This document shows, one piece after another, positions 37,768 through 50,928 of a DNA stretch of 64,000 nt. The translations under genes and the position numbers were made by a program. The notes beneath the pieces are model-generated. The model was given only the letters and a program-made list of their open reading frames with translations. It made no database searches and had not been told where the DNA came from. The first letter of the stretch is position 1. Each line of letters begins with the position of its first letter. Source of the DNA: Laetmonice hystrix (Eukaryota); assembly GCA_965235115.1 (NCBI GenBank), contig OZ249444.1, positions 26,536,001-26,600,000 of the forward strand, in the 5' to 3' direction.

Positions 37768-39069
37768 ATCTCCCCCTCTCTCTAACTATCTATCTACCCA
37801 TCTATCTATCTATCTCTACGCAAACTCAGCTTGATGCTTTTATTTTATGGCTGCAGAAAGTCAGCTTGGTGTTTATTTGGCTGGTAGAAAACTGATACTT
37901 TATTATTACGATGTCTGTTCGGCAGACACCTCTATCTGTGCCTCCGGCCGATTGGCGGACTCACACAACCGACGTCCCTGGATAGGGCCATGAACTCAGT
38001 GACTTCATGGTAACGAGAGAACCAAAACACTCTCCCGTGACTCGTCTCACAACCAGGATGCAGATCTACTTCCGTGGAAGCGAAGGAAATGCGAGCCACA
38101 TGGGGCCGGGAACGACGGAAAATCACTGCAATCTGTCTAACTCAGAAAAGTCAATAGACATAGAGATTCGCGGTTAGAAATTGGACCGCGTTTCCTGAAC
38201 TCTTGCTATACGACACAAGAACAGGTCGGATTGGTGATGGTCCCTGCACCCGTGATACTACATGTACCATAACGATCTGTCATGATCACGGTTAAATTCG
38301 TTTGACGTTTTACGGGTGTGTTTATTTCTTGTTTGAATATTTTGGGATACCTTCTGATATCCATGTCCAGTGACTATATTCACGAATAGTTTTCCTTATC
38401 ATGAAGCGACTGAAGGAATGGAGATTTTCAGGTCGTGTGCGACGTTTCTTCACATTATCTCAGTTAAAGGAAGAACTCTTTTAGAAAGATCCACAGGGTA
38501 TGTCTCGATCGGCCGAAAACTTGTTGGTTCATGGGTAAGTTATTCCTGAGTACAACCACCGAACAATCAGAATACATAGAGACAGCATACAGATCGTAAA
38601 ACACGTTAATGTAACCTTTCGATACACCCATGAATTATACATAGAAAGTAAGACGTCAGATACGGAGAGAAGGAGACGAACATGGAGAGACGACCCGCCA
38701 CATAGACAGACAGGATGTCACGCAGCCGACAGGAAGTCTCGCGTCATATGGTCCATTAATACGTGTTATTACAGTCGATGTCGGCGACAGGATACATGTC
38801 CTCGTATTTACTGAAGTCCCAACTCTCCGTCTCTCTATCTGTCTCCCTATTTCCCTCTGTCTATTTTTTCTCTCTATCGCACTTTCTCTCTCTGCGTGCT
38901 AGCTAACCTGAGCACGTTGACGGAGGTGCCATCGGTTCGAACCAAGTGAAGCGGACTCCTTGGCGGGAAATTAAAATGGGCGCACTGGCAGCGCCGCCCG
39001 AAATATAAAACAGCGGGCATATTAACATCCAAACAATCAGCAGTCTAAGGACTGGGCCATCCTATGTAC

Positions 39070-39565
39070 GCCATCCCGACCTGCTACTGTAGGTCTACCA
39101 TCCCAGACCGCCATCCCGACCTACCACTGTAGGTCTATCGTCCCAAACCGCCATCCCGACCTACCACTGTAGGTCTATCGTCCCAAACAGCCATCCCGAC
39201 CTACCACTGTAGGTCTATCGTCCCAAACAGCCATCCCGACCTGCCACTGTACGTCTATCGTCCCAGGCCGCCATCCCGACCTACCACTGTAGGTCTACCA
39301 TCCCAGACCGCCATCCCGACCTGCCACTGTAGGTCTACCATCCCAGACCGCCATCCCGACCTACCACTGTAGGTCTATCGTCCCAAACAGCCATCCCGAC
39401 CTACCACTGTAGGTCTACCATCCCAAACAGCCATCCGACCTACCACTGTAGGTCTATCGTCCCAAACCGCCATCCCGACCTACCACTGTAGGTCTACCAT
39501 CCCAGGCCGCCATCCCGACCTGCCACTCTATGGTCTACCATCCCACATGACCATCTCGACCTGCC
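39070..39565. repeat. Minisatellite, 40-bp unit, about 12 copies
   Basis: GCCATCCCGACCTACCACTGTAGGTCTATCGTCCCAAACC in tandem. Confidence 0.94.
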
Positions 39566-40788
39566 AGGTCTGTCGTCACACACCGCCATCTGGACCTACC
39601 ACTATAAAGTCCCTACACGTCCTGAAATTAGTCCTAAAGAGGTGCCCTGCTCTCCTGGTCGTGATCATTAGTGGCCATGCTCGCTGGCCCCTAGTTAGCC
39701 CGAGTCCCTATAATTTAATAAGGGCCTTGCACAGACATCGCCTTACATTGTATTCCTTCCGTAATTCGGACTGTTTCTCAATTCCGCCCGCCAAGGTTGA
39801 GTCTGAGCACATACCGGCGTCAGTTAGTGCAGCAGTCACTGCAGTTTTATATTGTAACTGGCTTGTATCCTTTCCTCTTCCTCTGTCCCTTTACCACTAC
39901 TTTAATATAAGCACACCGTAGTAGGATTCAAACGAACTACTGGCCTGATCAGAGTTTGATCATTGGTGGCCGTACTGGGGTTTAAAACTGCTGTAAGTTG
40001 TTGGCTTGAAGTTGCCGTACATAATGTCAGTAATCTGAAGAAGTCTTGTTTGTTTATTTCCCTCGAGAAGGAGAACTACATATGGAGCGAAGATCAATGT
40101 GCAGACTCATCACTTGCTATTGGAAGGAGTATCAATGCGCGACGGCCAAATGATATGTGATGAATCCTTGCTTGGCAAAAGATTCATTGCAAACCGCCAG
40201 TCAGCAAACAGTCGCGTAGAGAAATTGCGGAAATTGCTTGCCCACATATTCAAACGGTCGTCTTGGCAGTGCTGGGGTTCATGTCCCTCTCGAGTGCACA
40301 GACCCGGTTCATGCGCACGCAGACTGGTTGGAGAAGATGGCGGTTAGAAGTGGACCTGCTGGGGCTGACCGAGACGGTCGGCATATACCACCCAACCGAG
40401 TCTGAACTTGGCCCAAGTTATATTCCGGACGCTGTGACCCCGACTACTCGAATATTAGCCGACGTGTGCTGGTCTGTGTTCAAGCTGTGCGCAGTGGAGA
40501 ACGCCAGTGGAGAATGCCAGTGGAGAACGCCAGATTGATATAGACGACAATTTCAAGTAAATTAGTACTGGGGCAGGCACAAAAATGGCGGTGCTTTTCC
40601 CACGCTGAAGTGCATTTAAATCATTTGGTTGTAGGTTTTTCAGTTAAGAAAGTGAGAGACAAAGGCTACTGCAGAAATGCGGTACTTATTGATCATCTAC
40701 TTTCCTTTTTCATATATTTTTTTATAAACTGGAGGCATTTGTGCTGCACTTTTCGGAGGCGACAGCGATGTGTTAAAGAGCCCCCGTC

Positions 40789-41993
40789 ATTGGCTGACCT
40801 AAGCTATATGAGACAGGGACCATGATTGGCTGACCTGAGCTATATGAGACAGGGACCATGATTGGCTGACCTAAGCTATATGAGACAGGGACCATGATTG
40901 GCTGACCTGAACTATATGAGACAGGGACCATGATTGGCTGACCTGAGCTGTATGAGACAGGGACAATGATTGGATGCCCTGAGTTTTATTAGAAAAGCTC
41001 AGTGATTGGCTGCCCTGAGTTGTATAAGAGAGGCTCCATGATTGGCTGCCCTGAGTTGTATAAGAGAAGCTCCATGATTGGCTGCCCTGAGTTGTTATAA
41101 GAGAAGCTCCATGATTGGCTGCCCTGAGTTGTATAAGAGAAGCTCTATGATTGGCTGCCCTGAGTTGTATAAGAAAGGCTCCATGATTGGCTGCCCTGAG
41201 TTGTATAAGAGAGGCTCCATGATTGGCTGCCCTGAGTTGTATAAGAGAGGCTCCATGATTGGCTGCCCTGAGTTGTATAAGAGAGGCTCCATGATTGGCT
41301 GCCCTGAGTTGTTATAAGAGAAGCTCCATGATTGGCTGCCCTGAGTTGTATAAGAAAGGCTCCATGATTGGCTGCCCTGAGTTGTATAAGAAAGGCTCCA
41401 TGATTGGCTGCCCTGAGTTGTATAAGAGAAGCTCTATGATTGGCTGCCCTGAGTTTTATTAGAAAGGCTCAGTGATTGGCTGACCTGAGTTGTTATAAGA
41501 GAGGCTCCATGATTGGCTGCCCTGAGTTGTATAAGAAAGGCTCCATGATTGGCTGCCCTGAGTTGTATAAGAGAAGCTCTATGATTGGCTGCCCTGAGTT
41601 TTATTAGAAAGGCTCCATGATTGGCTGCCCTGAGTCGTATAAGAGAAGCTCTATGATTGGCTGCCCTGAGTTGTATAAGAAAGGCTCCATGATTGGCTGC
41701 CCTGAGTCGTATAAGAGAAGCTCTATGATTGGCTGCCCTGAGTTGTATAAGAAAGGCTCCATGATTGGCTGCCCTGAGTTGTATAAGAAAGGCTCCATGA
41801 TTGGCTGCCCTGAGTCGTATAAGAGAAGCTCTATGATTGGCTGCCCTGAGTTGTATAAGAAAGGCTCCATGATTGGCTGCCCTGAGTTGTATAAGAGAAG
41901 CTCTATGATTGGCTGCCCTGAGTTGTATAAGAGAAGCTCTATGATTGGCTGCCCTGAGTTTTATTAGAAAGGCTCAGTGATTGGCTGACCTGA
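40789..41993. repeat. Minisatellite, 36-bp unit, about 33 copies in two subtypes
   Basis: ATGATTGGCTGACCTGAGCTATATGAGACAGGGACC (about 5 copies) then ATGATTGGCTGCCCTGAGTTGTATAAGAGAAGCTCC (about 28 copies). Confidence 0.95.
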
Positions 41994-42909
41994 AAGGCCC
42001 GTCCTCTTTGAAATCTAATCGCGTTCGATGAGACACTGGCTGGGCAGAGTTCCAACTATGCGAAAGAGGGCAAGAGTATCGATTGCCCGTTCGTCCCTCC
42101 CCAAGAGGAACTGGGTCCGCTCTTCCATTCTACGCCCGGCAAAATCTATATCCTTCCCTGCCTCCGTTTGTGCCGGCAACGACGTACGTCTCGACCAATA
42201 CGACGCATTCTAAATGCAGTGCACCCCTGCCGGAACCCGCGTTCAATATTACTCATTGCACCCCTACACCAGCCCCACCCCGGAACCAAACAGAGATTCT
42301 TACACCCTCATTAGTCTGGTCAGGTTTCATCGCGAAAAGTATATATACCTCCAGAACGACTACCCAAAGCCTTTGAATCTATGAACCCGTTTACATGGCT
42401 CCCTCCAATAGCACACAAGACTTGCTGTATCGATTGCTAGTGTACTTTGCAGCTGTAAACAATGTCTTCATCAGTTACTTATTGTGAGTAGGGAAAGAAA
42501 TGCCCTTTCTAGGGTTGGGTAATATCCGGCAAGTTGTGCCTGTGCTGGACAGCCATCTAAAGCGAGTCTGTGTACGATGGAGATGTGCGACCCTGGACGG
42601 GCCGGCCCGGAGGGAGGGGGTCCTACACTGCCTGGAAGAGAGTTCCACCCTGGAGGAAAGGTTGGTGTTGGACGTGGAAGTAGAACAACAACAAGAACAA
42701 CAAGAACGACACCAAGAAGTACAACAACAAGAACAAGAAGGAATGATTTCAGCTTAATTTACCACACACTGTGGTGGATGTTGGCACCTCTTGGTGCAGA
42801 CAGACTTGTTTATCTTAGAAACACGCCTGGTTGCCCTGACTATTTATCTTCGTCAATAATTTGTGTTCACATCAAAAGTAGTCGACAACCAGTTCTAATA
42901 CCTGAGCCT

Positions 42910-45021
42910 CTTCCCACATCAGTATCCCATGGACCACATCTCCCTGGATCACTTCCCACATCAGTATCCCATGGACCATATCTCCCTGGACCACTTCCCA
43001 CATCAGTATCCCATGGACCACATCTCCCTGGACCACTTCCCACATCAGTATCCCATGGACCACATCTCCCTGGACCACTTCCCACATCAGTATCCCATGG
43101 ACCACATCTCCCTGGACCACTTCCCACATCAGTATCCCATGGACCACATCCTCCTGGCCCACTTCCCACATCAGTATCCCATGGACCACATCTCCCGGGA
43201 CCACTTCCCACATCAGTATCCCATGGACCACATCTCCCTGGACCACTTCCCACATCAGTATCCCATGGACCACATCTCCCTGGCCCACTTCCCACATCAG
43301 TATCCCATGGACCACATCCTCCTGGATCACTTCCCACATCAGTATCCCATGGACCACATCTCCCTGGACCACTTCCCACATCAGTATCCCATGGACCACA
43401 TCCTCCTGGATCACTTCCCACATCAGTATCCCATGGACCACATCTCCCTGGACCACTTCACACATCAGTATCCCATGGACCACATCTCCCTGGACCACTT
43501 CCCACATCAGTATCCCATGGACCACATTCTGCTGGACCACTTCCCACATCAGTATCCCATGGACCACATCTCCCTGGACCACTTCACACATCAGTATCCC
43601 ATGGACCACATCTCCCTGGACCACTTCCCACATCAGTATCCCATGGACCACATCCTCCTGGATCACTTCCCACATCAGTATCCCATGGACCACATCTCCC
43701 TGGACCACTTCCCACATCAGTATCCCATGGACCACATCTCCCGGGACCACTTCCCACATCAGTATCCCATGGACCACATCTCCCTGGACCACTTCCCACA
43801 TCAGTATCCCATGAACCACATCTCCCTGGACCACTTCCCACATCAGTATCCCATGGACCACATCCTCCTGGACCACTTCCCACATCAGTATCCCATGGAC
43901 CACATCCTCCTGGATCACTTCCCACGTCAGTATCCCATGGACCACATCTCCCTGGACCACTTCCCACATCAGTATCCCATGGACCACATCTCCCTGGACC
44001 ACTTCCCACATCAGTATCCCATGGACCACATCTCCCTGGACCACTTCCCACATCAGTATCCCATGGACCACATCCTCCTGGCCCACTTCCCACATCAGTA
44101 TCCCATGGACCACATCTCCCGGGACCACTTCCCACATCAGTATCCCATGGACCACATCTCCCTGGACCACTTCCCACATCAGTATCCCATGGACCATATC
44201 TCCCTGGACCACTTCCCACATCAGTATCCCATGGACCACATCTCCCTGGCCCACTTCCCACATCAGTATCCCATGGACCACATCTCCCTGGACCACTTCC
44301 CACATCAGTATCCCATGGACCACATCTTCCTGGACCACTTCCCACATCAGTATCCCATGGACCACATCCTCCTGGACCACTTCCCACATCAGTATCCCAT
44401 GGACCACATCTCCCTGGACCACTTCCCACATCAGTATCCCATGGACCACATCTCCCTGGACCACTTCCCACATCAGTATCCCATGGACCACATCTCCCTG
44501 GACCACTTCCCACATCAGTATCCCATGGACCACATCTCCCTGGACCACTTCCCACATCAGTATCCCATGGACCACATCTCCCTGGACCACTTCCCACATC
44601 AGTATCCCATGGACCACATCTCCCTGGACCACTTCCCACGTCAGTATCCCATGGACCACATCTCCCTGGACCACTTCCCACATCAGTATCCCATGGACCA
44701 CATCTCCCTGGACCACTTCCCACATCAGTATCCCATGGACCACATCTCCCTGGCCCACTTCCCACATCAGTATCCCATGGACCACATCCTCCTGGACCAC
44801 TTCCCACATCAGTATCCCATGGACCACATCCTCCTGGCCCACTTCCCACGTCAGTATCCCATGGACCACATCTCCCTGGACCACTTCCCACATCAGTATC
44901 CCATGGACCACATCTCCCTGGACCACTTCCCACATCAGTATCCCATGGACCACATCTCCCTGGACCACTTCCCACATCAGTATCCCATGGACCACATCTC
45001 CCTGGACCACTTCCCACGTCA
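42910..45021. repeat. Minisatellite, 42-bp unit, about 50 copies, no frameshifting indels seen
   Basis: CTTCCCACATCAGTATCCCATGGACCACATCTCCCTGGACCA; source of the 815-, 777-, 716- and 477-aa ORFs. Confidence 0.97.
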
Positions 45022-46361
45022 TAGCTATTGTTGGTGTGATTCTGCTATCTCAGCCTTTCGATGCATTCGTTATACAAACTGTCTCAGCTGTAAATCTCCT
45101 GTAATATACCTCCTCAAGACCCTCCAGACATTGGTTTGGTGGAGACGCCTCCTCCAGTTCGCCTGGTGGTCTGCCAAGGCAAACAATAAAATACAAGTTT
45201 CGATTTATATAGATAGGGGTAGAAATAAAAATTCCCGAATGCTGCGACCGCGGTCATACTAGATTTTCGCCTGAGCTAGAATTCTTCAGAGTGGCAAACT
45301 ATAACCGCCGGCTGCTAGGTTCCCTAGACGACTATACCCTTGCGTTTTGCCGCATTCCCAGCGACCCTGCCCCCTTCCCCCTCCTAGTAAATACACGCGC
45401 GCGACGTCCCAATTTCACAGTCGGCGTACTCGAGCCTGGCCTCTGCTCAACCCATTACCTTGCCCCTAGGATATCGTTACCACGCGCCGCTCCTGGGTTC
45501 TGACATCCCACCACGATCGGGCAACGCTCTGTGTTTGCTATGCATGAACCTGTTCTTCGCTGTTTGAACTGCCGCCAGCACTGCAGACTGGCGAACCTGG
45601 CCAATCGCCTCATCTGCCGTGACCCTGCCCCTTGTCTTCCCACCGCCACAGCTAATAAATGCTAATGGCGCAAATCAGATCATATAGAAGGATGGTAATG
45701 CACTGGCAAGGAAATTTGACTTGATGAGGGATCCCCCAGGCCTGGAGATCGTTAGTGGCGATGGCTACAACGGTTCCCGACACTTTGGCCCCTTTTTAGT
45801 TACTACTAATGGTCTGGGCAGTGAGTAGTATACGGAACTGGTCCTCAGTACACCACGATCCTAGACTATGTGTCGGCGACACTACAATACCACCATTCGG
45901 CCTGACAGAAAACTCTTGACTAAATATGATACCGTAAAACACACAGATAACTCCTTTCGCAAGAAAATACGAATTGATTTTAAAATAACGCATCACAGGA
46001 GACAACAAGACAGTTACTAGTGCTCTCTATAGTTTTTCTCATGTATAAATGTGGTCGATTTATGATATTCAGAGAGCTCAGGAGAAGTGTTTTGGACAAT
46101 GAACTCTGTCCTATTAGAGGTACTGCCCTGTGGGAGACGTCCATCATAAACACTGCTCAGGATTCCTAACCTCTGCGGCTCTGACTGACAAACAAAATGA
46201 CATAACCTAAGGGACTGAACCCAACACAATTTACAACCCCTCCCCCAGCGCATTCATACAATCATCAAGAAAAGAAATGGTGTCTACATAAAACAACTGT
46301 CAACGAAACCAAATGTGATCTTTCTCATTGAAAGTGAAGCTCGGCGTTACACAGGCTCCAG

Positions 46362-47498
46362 GCCTATACCGACATGGTTTGCTAACAGATGCTGGGAGGT
46401 GGCGGAGTGATCGTATACCAGCCTTAGTACGCATAAAGCCTATACCGACATGGTTTGCTAACAGATGCTAGGAGGTGGCGGTGTGATCGTATACCAGTCT
46501 TAGTACGCATAAAGCCTATACCGACATGGTTTGTTAACAGATGCTGGGAGGTGGCGGTGTGATCGTATACCAGTCTTAGTACGCATAAAGCCTATACCGA
46601 CAGGGTTTGCTAACAGATGCTGGGAGGTGGCGGTATGATCATATACCAGTCTTAGTACGCATAAAGCCTATACCGACAGGGTTTGCTAACAGATGCTGGG
46701 AGGTGGCGGTATGATCGTATACCAGTCTTAGTACGCATAAAGCCTATACTGACATGGTTTGCTAACAGATGCTGGGAGGTGGCGGTGTAATCGTATACCA
46801 GTCTTAGTACGCATAAAGCCTATATCGACAGGGTTTGCTAACAGATGCTGGGAGGTGGCGGTGTGATCGTATACCAGTCTTAGTACGCATAAAGCCTATA
46901 CCGACAGGGTTTGCTAACAGATGCTGGGAGGTGGCGGTGTAATCGTACACCAGTCTTAGTACGCATAAAGCCTATACCGACAGGGTTTGCTAACAGATGC
47001 TGGGAGGTGGCGGTATGATCGTATACCAGTCTTAGTACGCATAAAGCCTATACTGACATGGTTTGCTAACAGATGCTGGGAGGTGGCGGTATGATCGTAT
47101 ACCAGTCTTAGTACGCATAAAGCCTATATCGACAGGGTTTGCTAACAGATGCTGGGAGGTGGCGGTGTGATCGTATACCAGTCTTAGTACGCATAAAGCC
47201 TATATCGACAGGGTTTGCTAACAGATGCTGGGAGGTGGCGGTGTGATCGTATACCAGCCTTAGTACGCATAACGCCTATACAGACATGGTTTGTTAACAG
47301 ATGCTGGGAGGTGGCGGTGTGATCGTATACCAGTCTTAGTACGCATAAAGCCTATACCGACATGGTTTGCTAACAGATGCTGGGAGGTGGCGGTGTGATC
47401 GTATACAAGTCTTAGTACGCATAAAGCCTATACTGACATGGTTTGCTAACAGATGCTGGGAGGTGGCGGTGTAATCGTATACCAGTCTTAGTACGCAT
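46362..47498. repeat. Tandem repeat, 76-bp unit, 15 copies
   Basis: GCCTATACCGACATGGTTTGCTAACAGATGCTGGGAGGTGGCGGTGTGATCGTATACCAGTCTTAGTACGCATAAA in tandem. Confidence 0.96.
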
Positions 47499-47640
47499 CC
47501 ACATAGAGCTAGCCCCCGATCTAATTAAATGTTACAAATTAAAATCTACTGCAGATCTACTTAAGTGTGGGGTGAGATTGCGGCGGGAAGTGATTGACCG
47601 TGTACAGTGGAAGTATCCATTTAACTTTGTGAGTTGTTTG

Positions 47641-48063
47641 TATGTGTCCCGGTACAAGGATGTGTCCCGGTACGAGGGCTGAGAGCAGTATGTGTCCCGG
47701 TACAAGGGCTGAGAGCACTATGTGTCCCGGTACGAGGGCTGGGAGCAGTATGTGTCCCGGTACGAGGGCTGAGAGCAGTATGTGTCCCGGTACGAGGGCT
47801 GAGAGCAGTATGTGTCCCGGTACGAGGGCTGAGAGCAGTATGTGTCCCGATACGAGGGCTGAGAGCAGTATGTGTCCCGGTACGAGGGCTGGGAGCAGTA
47901 TGTGTCCCGGTACGAGGGCTGGGAGCAGTATGTGTCCCGGTACGAGGGCTGAGAGCAGTATGTGTCCCGGTACGAGGGCTGGGAGCAGTATGTCCCGGTA
48001 CGAGGGCTGGGAGCTGTGCCCCGGTACGAGGGCTGAGCGCAGCATGTGTCCCGGTACGAGGGG
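47641..48063. repeat. Minisatellite, 30-bp unit, about 14 copies
   Basis: ATGTGTCCCGGTACGAGGGCTGAGAGCAGT in tandem. Confidence 0.95.
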
Positions 48064-48214
48064 GTCATCCCCCTCCAGGTTGATATCCCTATCTCTGGTT
48101 CTCATCTTCAATCCTAGACTGTTTGATGAAGCGATAGCAACTATTGTCAAACTGTCTTCTTATGTTCGATGTTCTGGATGGTTTGCGTTAGTGGATCTCG
48201 ATGTTTGATGCGGG

Positions 48215-49162
48215 TGGAGTCGGGCGGGCGGGTCGGGGGCGGGTCGGGGGCGGGTCGGGGGCGGGTCGGGGGCGGGTCGGGGGCCGGTCGGGGGCCGGTC
48301 GGGTTGGGTCGGGTTGGGTCGGGGGCCGATCAGGGGCCGGTCGGGGGCTGGACGGGGTTGGGTCGGGGGCCGGGCGGGGATCGAGCGGGGGCCGATCAGG
48401 GGCCGGTCGGGGGCCGGTCGGGGGTCGAGCGGGGGCCGGGCGGGGGCCGTTCGCTGGCCGTTCGGGGGTCGGTCGGGGTCCGGTCGGGGACCGGTCGGGG
48501 ACCGTGAGGGGGCCGGTCGGGGTTGGGTCGGGGGTCGGTCGGGGTTGGGTCGGGGGCCGGGCGGGGTTGGGTCGGGGGCCGGGCGGGGATCGAGCGGGGG
48601 CCGGTCGGGGGCCGGTCGGGGGTCGAGCGGGGGCCGGGCGGGGTTGGGTCGGGGGCCGGGCGGGGTTGGGTCGGGGGCCGGGCGGGGATCGAGCGGGGGC
48701 CGGTCGGGGGCCGGTCGGGGATCGAGCGGGGGCCGGGCGGGGGCCGGGCGGAGGCCGGTCGCTGGCCGGGCGGGGGTCGGTCGGGGGCCGAGCGGGGGCC
48801 GTTCGCGGGCCGGTCGGGGACCGGTCGGGGGCCGGTCAGGGACCGGTCAGGGGCCGGTCAGGGGCCGGTCGGGGTTGGGTCGGGGTTGGGTCGGGGTTGG
48901 GTCGGGGGTCGAGCGGGGGCCGCTCGGGGGCCGGCCGCTAGCCGTTCGGGGGGCGGTTGGGGGTCTAGGGGGTCGAGCGGCAGGGGGCGGTCGGGGACCG
49001 GGAGTGGGCCGGGCGGGGGCCGGGCGGGGGCCGGTCGGAGGCCGGTCGCTGGCCGGGCGGGCGTCGGTCGCTGGCCGGGCGGGGGTCAGTCGGGGGTCGG
49101 TCGGGGGCCGGGTGGGGGCCGGTCGGGAGCCGGTCGGGGGTCGGTCGGGGGGTGGGCGGGGG
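48215..49162 (+). repeat. G-rich 11-bp variant-repeat array, about 85 units, predicted G-quadruplex former
   Basis: GGGGGCCGGTC, GGGGGCGGGTC, GGGGTTGGGTC, GGGGATCGAGC, GGGGACCGGTC and others, largely in an 11-bp register. Confidence 0.9.
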
Positions 49163-50323
49163 CTCACATACCCACCCCCTCCCTCCGTCCCCGTCAATGA
49201 TTGCCGCCTCCCCCGGACACACTGACGCGTGCTTGCCAATTAATCTGCTCCGTTAATCTGCGACTTGCCTTACATGCCGACATGGCGCTAATCAGACTGT
49301 TATGTTAATTCCAGCCACCGCCCTCAGTTGTCGGCCTTTGTGGCGGGCGTCCTGACTCGACCATTCATCAGCGATGGGCCGTGAGAAGATCCGACTATCA
49401 GGGGGCCCATCGCACCCGGCCGGCCGGCCCGCCCGCCTCCCGCCCGCCGCCAGGCCGCGGCCCTCACCCGGCACTGGACAGATCAACCGCTACTACCGGC
49501 ACAGACATCACGCCGTCACAAATCACTTGAGACACGGGCGGCCGAGTGTCCTGCGAAGCCAGTTCGGCATGAGTGGATATTGCCCACTTTAGGCGGCAAA
49601 ATTAAGACGAATGGAATACTGGGATATCCCGCTGCCAATTGTCGGCCGCTGGGGCCAGGCTGAACATCAGGTGGCGGGGCGTGGGAGAGGTAACCCCGGC
49701 CCACGTCCTGATCCACCCGGGGGTGGGGTGGGAGGGTGGCGGCGGTGGGAGCGTGGGACGGCTGGGGAGGGCGAGCGACGGTGGTCTGCGCGCATCATTT
49801 AAATATACGGTCTCAGTGGAAATCTTGGTCGGATCACTGTCTGTAGAGGAAGCTGTGAGATTGGCTCAGTCGACTCCACTTCATCCCACTGACTAACTGA
49901 CTGGTCTGCCCAGATGGCCACGGTGTGGCGCTGTGAGGGGGTGGGGTGGGGGAGGCAGAGAGGCCCGTATCGCTCTCTTCATGGACAATCTCACAATTTG
50001 CTCTCTATCTCTGTCAAATTCCCAGGCTGGGCCGGCCGACCATTCAAAGTATGAGAGGGTAAAAAAATCGGATGATTAACAGTGGTCGGGGTGACTAGAT
50101 ACTTTATGTTTAATCACCCTGGCCACCTTCATGACGGTTTGAGGGTTGTGAAGACATCACGCTGTACAACTCGCCTACAGTACGCTCCCATACACGGTCA
50201 GTTTTATACCGTCAGGTATGATACATTCAGTATACCCACGCCCACACTGAAAACAAATCTCTATTGTTGAACCATAGACGTCGTGTATGAAATTACTGAC
50301 TGAAATGTTTGACCATTCCATCA

Positions 50324-50928
50324 TGATACATTCCCCTTGACATGTAGTTATTAACTATCAACATGGACAGATACATGCTGTGGTTTGGTCTGTGATACAT
50401 TCCCTTGACATGTAGTTATTAACTATCAACATGGACAGATACAAGCTGTGGTTTGTTCTGTGATACATTCCCCTTGACATGTAGTTATCAACTATCAACA
50501 TGGACAGATACAAGCTGTGGCTTGCTCTGTGATACATTCCCCTTGACATGTAGTTATTAACTATCAACATGGACAGATACATGCTGTGGTTTGTTCTGTG
50601 ATACATTCCCCTTGACATGTAGTTATGAACTATCAACATGGACAGATACATGCTGTGGTTTGTTCTGTGATACATTCCCCTTGACATGTAGTTATTAACT
50701 ATCAACATGGACAGATACATGCTGTGGTTTGTTCTGTGATACATTCCCCTTGACATGTAGTTATTTACTATCAACATGGACAGATACATGCTGTGGTTTG
50801 TTCTGTGATACATTCCCATTGACATGTAGTTATGAACTATATCATCATGAACAGATACATGCTGTGGTTTGTTCTGTGATACATTCCCCTTGACATGTAG
50901 TTATTAACTATCAACATGGACAAATACA
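50324..50928. repeat. Tandem repeat, 69-bp unit, about 9 copies
   Basis: GATACATTCCCCTTGACATGTAGTTATTAACTATCAACATGGACAGATACATGCTGTGGTTTGTTCTGT in tandem. Confidence 0.95.

Noticed and set aside
38899-38946. GGTTCGAACC B-box as a second SINE or tRNA
   Set aside because: No convincing A-box or stems.
40263-42760. Possible decayed RTE-like LINE (VDLLGLTET, RHWLGRV, AAC/AAG-rich tail)
   Set aside because: Only short motif resemblances, too compact and with no RT core; needs an HMM search.
46362-47498. 76-bp (and 75-bp) units as tandem tRNA genes
   Set aside because: No A/B boxes, TTC loop or cloverleaf stems.
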